A stretch of 64,000 nt of DNA from Mytilus californianus (taxonomy: Eukaryota): positions 104,904,001-104,968,000 of the forward strand of contig NW_026262668.1 in NCBI RefSeq assembly GCF_021869535.1, in the 5' to 3' direction. Shown piece by piece: positions 27,701-37,436 of this stretch. The position numbers and the translations under genes are program-made. The notes beneath the pieces were generated by a model. It was not told the origin of the DNA. It ran no database searches and saw only the letters and a program-made list of their open reading frames with translations. Numbering within the stretch: the first letter of the stretch is position 1; the number at the start of each line of letters is the position of its first letter.

Positions 27701-30700
27701 GGTGTGGTTAATATGTTTGTGAGAGCTCAAACCACCCCTTCACCTTGTAACAATACGACAGAAGAAAGAACTGTTAAAATCAGATGAAAAAGGGCTTGAC
27801 TCATCAAATTGGTACTCAGCACAAATACAGATATTATTGTAACATTTGAAACACATAGTACATATCTAGGAGTACTCATCTGTACTGAAAGGTAGACCAA
27901 AATCCAATTAAAAGTTATAGAAAACCCATGTTTTCCCATACTGAATATAGTTTATGGTTTGCCTGTCATACTGTCCTTCTGAAATACAAAACTTTCCAGG
28001 ACAGTTTTTTTTGGACCTGAAGATTTGACTGATTTCTTTAATCTAGTTGCATAAGTAAAAGTTACAAACAAGTTTTGAATAACATTGACAGATTAATTAC
28101 TAATTATAGATAACAAATTTAAGTTGTATATTGCTGGTGGATGAGTTTTGTCCGAATTTTAAGACATTCAGCTGAATATTGGTATAGTTGTGGTGTTGAA
28201 GAGAATTATGGCAATTCTTATTAAAACTGAATTTAAGGACACAAGTGATTCCATTAGTTTGTTTAAATGAACACTTTTTATACCTCCACTTTAAAAGTAG
28301 GAGCTATATTGTATTCACCTTGTCTGTCCATCTGTTGTCCAACAAACATTACATTATTGTCACACTGGTTATATTAAAGGACTAACTTCAAGTTAGCCAA
28401 TACTTTGAATTTTTCAATTTGTTGAATGAACTAAACAAAAATTTGTTCTTCATCAGTTCTACTGAACAGAATGGTTCGTATTTGGTCAACAGCTTGCAGT
28501 GTGAAATGTTTGAGTGCTTTTTGTATCTGTCGGGCTGTTTTCTGATACTCTGAATTAGGAGTGGGGGTATGCTTAGCAAAACAACATGTGCATTCTTGTT
28601 GATACAGCTTTATAAATAAATAAATCATAATATATTTCACGTAAAAATCTGTGATGTTTCATCAAATGAGGTTTAGAAAATAAGAATTTATCAAGTACAT
28701 AAAGAAATGCAAAATTGCTGAAAAAATTCATCTGAAGGAAATTAATTTTCAAGTGAAATTTTAGAATGTACCATAACATACTTATGTGTATTATAAAAGA
28801 TTATTTTATTCCATTTTCAGTTGACAAATTTAGGTTACAGTGACATTAAGGGGTCCTTGGTACATATTTACTGGCCTAGTTTTGATGATTTAGGAAATAA
28901 CCTTCTTTATCTTACCACTGTTCCAACAGTCAGTGAAACAGAGGGAGTATGTACTGAAGAAATTTATACACCTGCTAACAGTACAGTAAGTATAACTCTA
29001 TACAATCTGATTAAAATACAGATCCCAAGTTCTAGCTTTGCTAACAAGGATATTAAAAAGCTACATTCTACTTTTTATTTTAAAGACCTTTCAGGTGTCT
29101 CTGGTTTTGTCAGATTAATTAACACCTTCAAAAATTTGAAAGCTGAAATTTTATTTGATGTAATAATTACCAGAACAGAAAGTAAAACGAAGTGTTGTCA
29201 GATCCTTGTAAGCAAAGCTTGAACACAGGATCTGTATTTTTAATATGATTGAACTCTGTAGTATGTATTCAAATTTTATAGTCTTGTTTACAAGAGTAAC
29301 ACTTCAGTACAAACTAAAACGAATAAAAAATACCCCTAGGAATATTATGATATGTATAGTACTTCAGTACCTACATTGAAAACCTTTTATTTCTATTCTT
29401 TTGCTATATTGTAAACGCAGACTTCTGAAATATTATAATACAATTTTAATCAAATGCATATGGAACAATTATACCATCATGCCAAATTTATTTTATTAAT
29501 GATTATTGTATTATCTTAGGCTGAATAGGACTGCATCACACATACTCATTTAAAAATGAATTTGAATCTCAGTTATGATAAAATTGAGAATGGAAACAGG
29601 GAATGTGTCAAAGACACAACTACCCAACCAAAGAGCAGAAAACAGCACAAGGCCACCAATGGGTCTTGAACACAGCGAGATGGGCTTCAGCTGGCCCCTA
29701 AACAAAAATGTGATTTAGTTCAGTGAAAATGGACGTCACAATAAACTAACATATAAATGAACCAAAATTAAAATAACCATAAAAGACTAACAAAGGCCAG
29801 AGGCTCCTGCAAAAATGGGGCGGGGTTAAACATGTTTTGTGAGATCTCAACCCTCCCCTATACCTCTAGCCAATGTAGAAAAAACAAACACATAGCAATA
29901 TGCATAGTAAAATTCAGTTTATAAGAAGTCCAAGTTCGATGTTAGAGTAGTGAACAGAAGAAACTAAGCAAAAGGACAATGATAAATAAATTAACAAAGG
30001 ACTACTAGCAGCTACTGAAATGCATGCTCCAGACCTCAATTAAACTGATTGATAGATTATGTCTTCATCATATGAAAATCATCCCTCTTGTTAGGGGTTT
30101 AGTATCATACCATCATGAAATATACGAGAAGAACATAACCCATATTATTCTTTAGATGCAACAGTCATTTATCTAGTGCACATTGTCTTTTTTTCTGCTG
30201 TTTTCAGTATCCTTACAGAATGCCAAAAATATAATTATGCAAACAAAATGAAAAAGGTTTTGTAATGTTGTAGACATCTGACTTACCTATTTAAAAAATA
30301 AAAAGTAAAGTCAAATCTTTTTGAAAAGGAAAGATGACTGAGGCGTTCTGTACAATATGCAACACAAATGTTATTGATTATATTTCAGCTTTTGATAAAG
30401 GGAAGAGAAGATGAAAACTCTGGGGCTTATAGGACAAAAAGAGCGACAAAGGATGATAACACTAGAAGAATTGTAAGGACTTTAATATTGATGAATAATA
30501 GAAAAATCAGAGATGCTGATTTGCTATGTTATTTGTGATGACCTAACAGCTTACAAAGCTAGTATATAAATATAACATTTTACTTTGTAAGATAAATATT
30601 ATTCATCACTATTTTCTTCAATTTTGCTTTGATCTTTTTTTGTGACAATTTTTCATATCAAGCTACTTGACTTAGAATGAGTAGAGAGAGAAAAGGATGA

Positions 30701-33700
30701 TGTCATAAGCCTACGTCATTAACGTTTCCTAGGAAAACAGAGATGAACAGATTATCAATGATCTTTCAAACTCAAAAATGTTTCTAGGCTACATCTCATC
30801 TCAGGGCTGCAGTCATAAAAATTTTAAGTACTATTACCGTACTCAGACACTGAATTCAGCCAATTAAATACTGGATTTGGTGTTTTAAGCATAACTATGT
30901 ACTCTGAGTATTTAAGTTTTATGACTGTGATTTTTAATTTAATTTCACTATAGATACCAATACCAGTAAGGCATACAAGACAGCCACAGTGACTCTGGCT
31001 AAGTGATTTTAGCAAAAATGAGAATTTATTTTGGACGAAATTTGTATTTTCTACCTTAATACATTGTAGTACGGAACATTTACGGTCTAAAAGAATACGA
31101 AAGAAAATATGTACAGCACTTATATTGTGGTATATTTTGTTCTTGCTTACTTTAAGTAGGTTACCTTCTTTTCTGAATTGGAATACAATTCAAATGAGAG
31201 TCAAGAGTTGGTAACTTCAATGTACACATATATATATATCAGTGATAAAAAATTAAAAGTTACATAATAGTTGCAATATTAAATGACAATAATTTTTTTT
31301 AGACATGTACAAGACAGTGGTGTACAAGGATTGTATGTAACCTGAGGTACATGAAAGAAAGACAGACTGCACTCATTAAAGTTACTGCTAGAATATGGAC
31401 GGATACACTAGTAAAGGTACATAACTAATACAGATTATGTTCATTTGATGAAAGAAAAAATATGGTCATACTAAACTGCTGTTCAAAATAGATTACCCAA
31501 ACCATTCTTGTATAAACCCATTTTCACAGGCAAATCCTGTCTTAATTTCATCAATTACTTAAAAAAACATCAGGAGTTGAAACCAAACTTGCCATAGGCA
31601 TACTCTGGTTTTATAGTAAAGACTCCTGGAGCTGACTCCTTCTTCCAAACAAAACAAATCATTTTTTTGGATAGCTGAAGATAAAATTCAAATTGAATTG
31701 ACCAGTGGGTAAAAAATGTAAACACTTTTGTCTGTAAATGGTAGAAATTAATGTTTTATGTCTACAATGCACTCCGCTACAACCAAACGAAGAGTTATAT
31801 GATAATATGAGCATACAGGTATAAGGTTACATGATAAATTTGTATACTGTGCTATCTCCCATTACTATGCTGGCAAGCTTGGAATTGTATTAATGCCATC
31901 TAAATTCACAGTTTGTTTATCTATTGGCCACTTATATCCATTCTTGTTACAGAGGGGATTGAGTAAAGAACCGTTTCTATTGGTGTCACAAGCAGTGGCC
32001 CAGGTGAAAGAGATGCCATACGATTTACCTACTACATCAGAAACATTTAGAGTTATAAAACAAGAGGTAAGTAAATCAATAGAAACATTATACCTGTATC
32101 AAAGCATGGAGTGAAGCAGGATGATAAGACAGCAGCTTAACAGCAATGATATAAAAAATAAGTATCTAAAGTATAATGATCAGAGTTGAGTAGACACTCA
32201 CATTTTATAGAAAGCTCTGAACATCTCAAGTCTTGGCAAGTTATGAATAAATTCAACAATAATAACTTAACATCAGGAAACCAGCACATGGAGAACCAAA
32301 GAATAAAGGTTGTTGACCAAGAAATGTAAAGATGTGCTGGTGTTGAATTTAGTTTTGTTAAGAATCAGCCACCTTGAGAATTTGTGGTGTAATTGTCTTC
32401 AATAGAAAGCATATTTTAAAGACAAACATGTTTTATTTTCTATTAAAGGTTTTGACATATGTAAATGCAGGCAAATTAGTTCCAGTCCCTAAGAGTGTAG
32501 AACCATGGATTATAGGAGTTGCCATAGCCGGTGGATTATTATTATTATTGCTATTAATACTTCTTCTGTGGTGGGTAAGTAGGGGAGACAATTTATTATT
32601 TTCTTTCATATTGTATCCAGTTTTAATTCTGAATATGCATGAAATATTTGCCACTGAAGGTTAAGCCAACAGCAACCAATTATGATTTAACATTTGATAA
32701 TTTTTATTTAGGATAGGAATCTCCATGATATTTGGATTTGATAGTGTTGATTCTAATATGATTATAGTTTTTACTTTCTAACCGAACTTCTCATTAAACT
32801 TTTAGTTGCAGATGCTTATTATCAAATTCAGATAGTTACCCCACTATGTAGTACTGCCCTTCAACAAATAAATATGACAGTCTTTAGAATTTTCTGTGGG
32901 CAAATTGCAATGAAAAGTAGGGTTTACTGTACAGTAGACTCCACCTAATCGGATATCAGCTAAACGAATATATCGGCTATTGTAATATTATTTCAAAACA
33001 CCAAACCCTTCCCTATATGTTTAATATTAATTTTATCATGTAATCGAATATCGGATATAAGAATATATTGACAAATAGGATAAGAATATTCAGGAAATTT
33101 TGTTCAAAACCATGCACAATCGGATATTTTCAATGTTTTTCTGACTGGAAATGGACCCGGAAGTTACGAAATTACAATCTTGCAGACAAGAAAATTTAGT
33201 TTTTACTAAATAAAAAGGAATTATTTCTTAATAAATTGTTGTCTTATTCGTTGTCTTCCTTTGTTATGTGAATTAGATGCCCTTTAAATTCAAATGGTTT
33301 GAATTTATTTATCAAATATAGAAGAGCAGTACGTTGGGAGAATTTTGATAACACTCTACATGCTCACAGAATTAGAAATATGATTGAAATTGAATGTACG
33401 TCCTTCTGAATAATTTATTGCAATATACATATAAATCCCTTTTGACAAGAGCAATCTGACTATTGTCAGATATAATTTTGTTACATGAACATGACCACAT
33501 GACATGTGGATGCCATTTTGTTTTGTTTACAAAATGTGAAGAAGCCTCCAGACCATGACCTAAACATAAACAGTCTTCAGAAAACTTAAACTTGATGCAA
33601 TAATATTTTATCAATCATGATTATCTTCATAAATTTAAATTTGATTATTTGAAGAAATATAATATATAACAAATACGATTTTAGTTTAGAGACTACACAG

Positions 33701-34994
33701 AACATACTTTGATCTATTTATAGCACAATTAGCTTACCTGTGATAATGTAAATAATGGATATTTTAAAATTCGTTTACAAAACAAATAAAGACACAAACT
33801 ATGGATTGTAAATATTTATTCACATAAATATTTCAGGACATTTGATTTATTTTGATAAATATAGGATTTAAAAACTGAAAACAAATATGAGCATTACATA
33901 ACCAGCTGTTAATTTTTTACACAAACATTGTGGTGACGTAACTGATAAAAATCACTCCAGCCCTTTCATATATAGCAGTGGTCAGGGCTAGTAACATCTC
34001 AGGATTAGGTCTACCCATTATTGGAGAATATTCAATGAATATACATTTATCGTCTAATTGAATATATCGGGTAATGGGATATTTTTAGCTGACATTTTGG
34101 GTATCCGATTTGCCGGAGTCTACTGTATTTAAAATAATTGACACTTGAGTTTAATACAGATTCTATGATGCTTTGATAACAAACTTTCTGTTTTTATCTT
34201 AGAAAATTAATGCCTTTTCCTGGTTATTTATACCTTACTCGTGGGGACTATATTGCATTCACCTTGTTCATCTGTGTCCATTCGTCCGTCTGTCCATTAC
34301 TTCAATTATTATTTCTGTCACACTTATCTCAGGTATTACTTCACAGAATGATGTTATTTTTGGTAGGCAGTATGAGTTGTAACGTGTGAGCAATTTTCGG
34401 AACTATCAAACACCCACTTCCTGTTTGCTGATACTTTGATGTTATATGATCTTAAAATTTTTCATTACACCTTTCTCAAGTTCTGCTGAGTAGAATGACT
34501 GTGTATTTAGTCAGCAGCTTATTAATGATAGGTGGTAAAGTAGCAGCATTTTCCAGATCAGTCAAACACCTTTTTCTTGTTGTCTGATACTTTGAATAAC
34601 CAGTGGAGTTTGTTAAGTGTGACATAGCATACATTCTTGTAACAAGTATTTTCAGTTACAGTGTTGTTGTACCAAATGTAGGACTTATAGAAAATTCAGT
34701 TGAATAAATGGAGATGTGTGGTAACCATCAATGAAACAGCAACCAAATGACAAAAAAAAAACCAAAAGACATATATATTTGTTATTGACAATATTATTTC
34801 AAAAAACAAATCAAGCATATCTTCTTTATTTTCAGTGTGGATTTTTTCGAAGAAAGAGACCAGAAGATGCTGCATCAGCTTCTCAAAAACCATTGGTATA
34901 TAAAAATGGAAGTCAAGCAAACTATGGCAATCAACAAATGTATGGAAATCCTTCAGGATATGGAAATGACCTTATGTCAAGACCTTATGAATAA
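731..34994 (+). CDS. ITGA-like: Integrin alpha subunit, 5'-partial, 23 coding exons in window (~806 aa)
   Basis: Manually spliced join(731-774,1134-1187,5822-5874,7888-7987,8279-8390,8706-8803,12615-12702,13410-13455,13960-14070,15494-15701,16128-16295,19164-19231,19931-20075,21187-21279,23999-24078,25181-25270,26734-26833,28821-28985,30389-30472,31303-31416,31953-32066,32449-32574,34836-34994). All introns are GT-AG, phases are consistent and there is no internal stop. Motifs: FG-GAP repeats with Ca-binding loops (DLDGNNLDD, DINYDGYKD, DLDKNQYPD), RDKLTPI, genu CGPDEVCIPDL, TM and CGFFRRKR. The alpha subfamily cannot be assigned without phylogeny. Confidence 0.96.
1134..1187 (+). CDS. ITGA-like: Integrin alpha exon
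   Basis: ttttcag|..|gtgagt; ITIYTQELAIIRNITGEQ. Confidence 0.88.
1381..1986 (+). mobile_element. HINE-like element with internal ~150-bp tandem units
   Basis: T-rich start ttttttatacgac; gaaattgtaccac..ggttccatac..gattgattttgggg repeated at ~1502 and ~1653; terminus gtatcaagctgcgcgcttcggagcatttt. Confidence 0.6.
5172..5705 (-). mobile_element. Interspersed repeat family A (non-coding 3' end of Penelope-like element)
   Basis: Homologous to 9135-9560, 27480-27930, 40608-40740 and 53925-54285; its inner end (gagagtact..cagtt..tgaaagcta) matches 10196-10260 next to the RT. Confidence 0.7.
5822..5874 (+). CDS. ITGA-like: Integrin alpha exon (FG-GAP)
   Basis: tttag|..|gtaagt; VGAYFGYALAVQDLDGN(N). 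Confidence 0.93.
7888..7987 (+). CDS. ITGA-like: Integrin alpha exon (FG-GAP)
   Basis: tttgcag|..|gtttgt; (N)LDDIIVGAPLYSNYTSVNSYDTGRVYVYYQNRQ. Confidence 0.94.
8279..8390 (+). CDS. ITGA-like: Integrin alpha exon (FG-GAP)
   Basis: ttttcag|..|gtatga; RQFNPKKRYDILEGHDAKSRFGAALTGLGDINYDGYK(D). Confidence 0.94.
8706..8803 (+). CDS. ITGA-like: Integrin alpha exon (FG-GAP)
   Basis: tttcag|..|gtgagt; (D)LAVGAPYGGKEGKGAIYIYHGSMKGILTQVSQ. Confidence 0.93.
9135..9560 (-). mobile_element. Interspersed repeat family A copy
   Basis: aagaagatgtggtatgagtgccaatgagacaactatccatcc...caggctcctgacttaggacagg. Confidence 0.75.
9697..10007 (+). mobile_element. HINE (DINE-1-like) element
   Basis: 5' palindrome tgccccacttaggggca, (GTCC)-type microsatellite, 3' subterminal inverted copy agtggggcat, hairpin, end cattcttgttt. 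Confidence 0.75.
10130..11590 (-). mobile_element. 5'-truncated Penelope-like retroelement (probably Naiad-type) with RT fragment, intronic and antisense to integrin
   Basis: ORF 10668-11372 has GIPMGTNCAPLIADLFL, YRYLDD and KIYDKRDDF. The upstream frame carries ..YTLYTTLPH (RT motif A) with a stop. A frameshifted C-terminal tail is followed by non-coding sequence and no GIY-YIG follows the RT. The clade assignment is inference from domain order. Confidence 0.85.
12458..12590. repeat. ~36-bp minisatellite, ~4 copies
   Basis: tatacagtatttcacaattaattggactttgtagtg-like units ending ~25 nt before the 12615 exon. Confidence 0.75.
12615..12702 (+). CDS. ITGA-like: Integrin alpha exon (FG-GAP 7)
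   Basis: cattgaag|..|gtagtt; VIHGADFPSVKSFGFSLSGGLDLDKNQYP(D). Confidence 0.92.
13410..13455 (+). CDS. ITGA-like: Integrin alpha exon (end of propeller)
   Basis: ctttcag|..|gtaagt; (D)LLVGAYESQAALQL(W). Confidence 0.92.
13960..14070 (+). CDS. ITGA-like: Integrin alpha exon (thigh start)
   Basis: tttaag|..|gtaagt; (W)ARPIVRVAASVQLQPQTIDLEQKKSCPVTWSPTPVL(C). Confidence 0.92.
14700..15040. mobile_element. TTAA-flanked MITE (Kolobok- or piggyBac-type)
   Basis: TTAA|GGATGTTTGCT ... AGCGAACATTC|TTAA; imperfect TIR (9/11) and TTAA on both sides. Confidence 0.7.
15494..15701 (+). CDS. ITGA-like: Integrin alpha exon (thigh)
   Basis: cttag|..|gtaagt; (C)FNVGTCVKYNGLGVSERLLFDLSWEFDSLKKTNKRVFLLATQMSEEMLLDKELERNKTFCHNSFVYIKN. 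Confidence 0.92.
16128..16295 (+). CDS. ITGA-like: Integrin alpha exon (thigh, contains RKKR)
   Basis: tttcag|..|gtatgt; ADSVRDKLTPIQVNFNFKLAKDDINDVLGGRKKRQALNLNLEPVLDQYTPTLVKAE. Confidence 0.92.
16269..16920 (+). repeat. 42-bp minisatellite derived from the 3' end and donor of integrin exon 16128-16295, ~15 copies
   Basis: Unit tactcctactctagtaaaggctggggtatttataactaggttt; the first copy is the exon end TACACTCCTACTTTAGTTAAAGCTGAG|GTATGT. Confidence 0.92.
16921..17840. repeat. ~42-43-bp minisatellite, ~21 copies
   Basis: Unit caggcaattttctcatcacagatcaaagttagacaacatata; directly abuts the previous array. Confidence 0.95.
19164..19231 (+). CDS. ITGA-like: Integrin alpha exon (genu)
   Basis: ttttcag|..|gtaagt; ANILKNCGPDEVCIPDLSVLPY(S). 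Confidence 0.94.
19931..20075 (+). CDS. ITGA-like: Integrin alpha exon (calf-1)
   Basis: ttttag|..|gtaagt; (S)LTNRVTMGNEDSIDIIINIANRGEDAYETYLYVDLPKGVEYNGIRNQF. Confidence 0.94.
21187..21279 (+). CDS. ITGA-like: Integrin alpha exon (calf-1)
   Basis: tttcag|..|gtaggt; NAPICEWLGRNNASYNLVNCSIGNPFQANRK. Confidence 0.93.
21511..23502 (+). mobile_element. Complete HINE-like element carrying a 134-bp tandem array
   Basis: 5' subTIR aagtctcccaaacgaag (21519-21535) within a hairpin; (TTA)n(TTC)n microsatellite; exact inverted copy cttcgtttgggagactt (23465-23481); 3' hairpin GTAACAG-CATC-CTGTTAC (23483-23500). Confidence 0.88.
21890..23372. repeat. 134-bp tandem array, ~11 units, with alternating A/B subtypes
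   Basis: tacagggttagtccccagggg recurs at 21901, 22035, 22169, 22303, 22437, 22570, 22704, 22838 and 22972, then as diverged units. Confidence 0.95.
23999..24078 (+). CDS. ITGA-like: Integrin alpha exon (calf-1)
   Basis: tttcag|..|gtaact; TNFTMRVYPTKVDGQSKDLVFSFRIN(S). Confidence 0.9.
25181..25270 (+). CDS. ITGA-like: Integrin alpha exon (calf-1 end)
   Basis: ttttgtag|..|gtaagt; (S)TNPENKLNLTDNQFDINILLQQSANLTMI(G). Confidence 0.91.
25233..25690 (+). repeat. 45-bp minisatellite derived from the 3' end and donor of integrin exon 25181-25270, 10 copies
   Basis: Unit atactcctacaacagtctgctaacctaactatgattgg|gtaagtt. Confidence 0.95.
25810..26005. mobile_element. Small MITE
   Basis: Imperfect TIR tgtaaattccgaaattatagcg / gcaataatttctgaatttata. 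Confidence 0.55.
26009..26300. repeat. 160-bp tandem duplication (repeat fragment)
   Basis: tatctcagacaagtt..ataatggtggac..atcgactttttttaaaagagttatgacccttgg at 26009 and 26169. Confidence 0.8.
26734..26833 (+). CDS. ITGA-like: Integrin alpha exon (calf-2)
   Basis: aatatag|..|gtaagt; (G)ETGNDKEQVVYNDVLVEKYKDTGFGPTVVHEYK. Confidence 0.88.
26880..27450 (+). mobile_element. HINE-like element with (GTCT/GTCC)n and two ~160-bp internal units
   Basis: Microsatellite at 26925-26970; repeated ttttcacatgtc..gattattgcttaaaactttacacac units. Confidence 0.65.
27480..27930 (-). mobile_element. Interspersed repeat family A copy (degenerate)
   Basis: ggccttcaacaat..gctataaaaagccc..ctcaaacc..ggagtactc similarity to 5172-5705. 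Confidence 0.6.
28821..28985 (+). CDS. ITGA-like: Integrin alpha exon (calf-2)
   Basis: ttttcag|..|gtaagt; LTNLGYSDIKGSLVHIYWPSFDDLGNNLLYLTTVPTVSETEGVCTEEIYTPANST. Confidence 0.9.
29578..30150 (-). mobile_element. RT-less copy of the non-coding 3' end of the Penelope-like element (family B)
   Basis: Reverse complement of ~62380-62965 (aaattgagaatggaaacagggaatgtgtc...). Confidence 0.8.
30389..30472 (+). CDS. ITGA-like: Integrin alpha exon (calf-2 cleavage loop, RTKR)
   Basis: tttcag|..|gtaagg; LLIKGREDENSGAYRTKRATKDDNTRRI. Confidence 0.88.
31303..31416 (+). CDS. ITGA-like: Integrin alpha exon (calf-2)
   Basis: tttttag|..|gtacat; TCTRQWCTRIVCNLRYMKERQTALIKVTARIWTDTLVK. Confidence 0.93.
31953..32066 (+). 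CDS. ITGA-like: Integrin alpha exon (calf-2)
   Basis: ttacag|..|gtaagt; RGLSKEPFLLVSQAVAQVKEMPYDLPTTSETFRVIKQE. Confidence 0.9.
32449..32574 (+). CDS. ITGA-like: Integrin alpha exon (transmembrane)
   Basis: attaaag|..|gtaagt; VLTYVNAGKLVPVPKSVEPWIIGVAIAGGLLLLLLLILLLWW. Confidence 0.93.
32932..34125. mobile_element. Non-autonomous Tc1/mariner/pogo-type element (TA TSD)
   Basis: TA|CAGTAGACTCC..ATCGGATA ... TATCCGAT..GGAGTCTACTG|TA; no transposase ORF. Confidence 0.8.
34225..34640 (+). mobile_element. Degenerate HINE-like fragment
   Basis: tttatacc start, gtcc microsatellite, internal cacttcctgtt..ctgatactttga repeats, end cattcttgt. Confidence 0.5.
34836..34994 (+). CDS. ITGA-like: Integrin alpha terminal coding exon (cytoplasmic tail)
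   Basis: ttttcag|CGFFRRKRPEDAASASQKPLVYKNGSQANYGNQQMYGNPSGYGNDLMSRPYE*; GFFKR-type motif. Confidence 0.95.
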   Translation, partial: CGFFRRKRPEDAASASQKPLVYKNGSQANYGNQQMYGNPSGYGNDLMSRPYE

Positions 34995-36264
34995 CCATGT
35001 CATCAAATGTCATCATTACTTCCATTGTGTCATTCCTCAACATTTTTACTAAATATTTCATAATTGTAGAATTTATATGTATTTTAATTTTTAACATGAA
35101 CAAGCTTTTTTTAGCTCATTAATAAGTTATTATTCTTCTTTTGTATTAAGAATTGAATTTATAGTTTAAATAATACAGATGAATAATTAGTACACACTTT
35201 AAAACAAATTCTGAACAGAAGTTAATTTATTCAAGTTGTATTGTTCATGACTATGTAAAGTTACTGATATCCAGAAATGTTATTTTTCATTTTGAATACC
35301 AGTTTTATCAATTTTGTACGAAGATCTATTTTGATCTGTTAAGAAAGCTGTAATGCCTCTGCTGAGATTTAAAGCTATATACGATTATTGAAGTATTTAG
35401 CAATATGTTTGTTGCACAGTCTATGCATTATACACAGTTTTATACATATTTGAAATAAGATTACATTGGTTCATCATCTCCATAGTCTTTCACATAAGAT
35501 GTTGTACACTTTTATCATTATGTCTTTTATCTGAAAAATTCTACTAAGATTATTTGAAAAAGACCATAAATCTTTGGTTTTTTTCTTGTATTGCAAATAT
35601 TTATATGTTTATTACATAAAACAATATTATGGTAGTTAACATTTTTTTGTCATTTGTTATCAACAATGTTTTTATATAAATATATGCATTATAGATAATC
35701 AAAGTCTTTTTTGTAGATTTAAGGGAATTATACTGGTACATCAAAGTGTCATGATTGTTATATACTTTACTCATCAATTTTTTATGCAGCAAATTTGTTT
35801 TTGTAAAGAATGACTTTTTTTTCTAAAAAAAATATTTTGGTATGTAATACATGAATGATGAGTAATGTAAACATATGCGTCACATTTTGAATTTTCCTCT
35901 TACCAAAATATTTTAGTGTAATTGGAATTCACATTGAATTTTACACTTAGTATTTCATGAAAACAAGAAAATAGTAATTGAAAAGATTTATGGAACTTAA
36001 CTGAAAAGAATACTGGTTATTTTTATGTACAAATGGTTAAACAAATGCTTTTAAAGGATGAAATTGATTAGGGACATTTATGCAAAGAACAAAAAAATTA
36101 ATATGAGTTCTATGTGATTTTATATGCCAAGGAAATATTCAGATATGATTTTGAGATTTCTAATTATTGACCTTTGACAGTGTAGTAAAATAAATTACAG
36201 GAAGTTTCAGATAAGTTTTTAGTCCCTTTTCGACTTAAGATGCAGAATAAACTTATATTATTAT

Positions 36265-36832
36265 TGTTATTCCCCCTCTCCGAATGGAGGGCGTTGTTAA
36301 TGTCCATCGGTCAGTGTCTGTTTTTCTGTCTGTCCGTCCATCCCCCAAACCTTTTAGGAATCTGAAAATAAGATCTTTCTGATTTTTTATATCAAGCTTC
36401 TTGTGAGCATGCTTTACTGTTTGATGCATTTTCAGATTCATCACTCATCAACTTCTGCTTGCTGAATAAGTATCCTTAAACATAATGGCCATGTACAATG
36501 AAAGTTTATTCACATTTTTATCAGAAGCTTCCTGATTTTTTATATCAAACTTCTTTTGAGCATGACTTACTTTGTGATGCATTTAAAGATTCATAGCTCA
36601 TCAGATTCCTGTTTACATAATACCAAGATAATCTGTAACATAATGGCCGTGTATGAAATTTTGGTTGCATTTTTGACAGGAACTACAAACCAGAGCTTCT
36701 TGAAACTTGGTATTAAGCTTCATGTGAGCAGGCTTTACTGTGTGATAGCTTTTCACATTCATCACTGATCAACTTCCTCTTTACGGAATGCTTGTATTGT
36801 TAGAGAGCAATTGCTCACAGATGAACTTGCTA
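36265..36832 (+). mobile_element. HINE-like element with three internal tandem units
   Basis: ccccctctccgaatggaggg hairpin, gtct/gtcc microsatellite, aagcttc..gtgagca..ctttactgt..gatgcattt..agattcatcac units. Confidence 0.65.
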
Positions 36833-37436
36833 ATATTAGAAGACATATTTAGAGGAAATAGAAGAAACTGTAATGTAATTACAAGTTATATTTGATAGTG
36901 CCTATTTGTGATATATTATTGTGTGTACATGTTGTTCAAGTTTATTTGTGATATTTAATAAGGTTGACAATTGTATTATTGTTGTGTTTTCATTTGTTTT
37001 AATTGTATTAAATAGCTTTTTGACAGCTGTTAACTTTACTGTGTGTTATATAACACAATGTCTATACATAAATGAAAGAAATAATGTGTTCAGAATTGAG
37101 CTAGACATTGAAAAATCTTATGGTATGTCATCTGAGATTGAATACTTAGTTTTGCTGAAGTAAGAGAATAATACGTTTCTCATATAACAGAGAAAGGTTT
37201 TCAGTTTTATCTTTGTGCCATTTCTAAAGTATTATATTTCATTGTATTTTTTTCATTATTCATTTATCCATTATTGTATATTTCCTAGGAAAAAGGTAGA
37301 CATGAACATTTATCTTTCACTGATAGCTAAGTGAGAGAGTTATTTCTTTTCTTCATTTTTTCTAAATCTTGTATGAATTAATTATATACAGATTATTGTC
37401 AACCTGATTATTCCGTTTTATGCTGCAGCTAGAACA

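Noticed and set aside
28986-29222. ORF extension beyond the 28821 exon (also at 32575-32664 and 8391-8404)
   Set aside because: Intron read-through past strong GT donors; no integrin similarity
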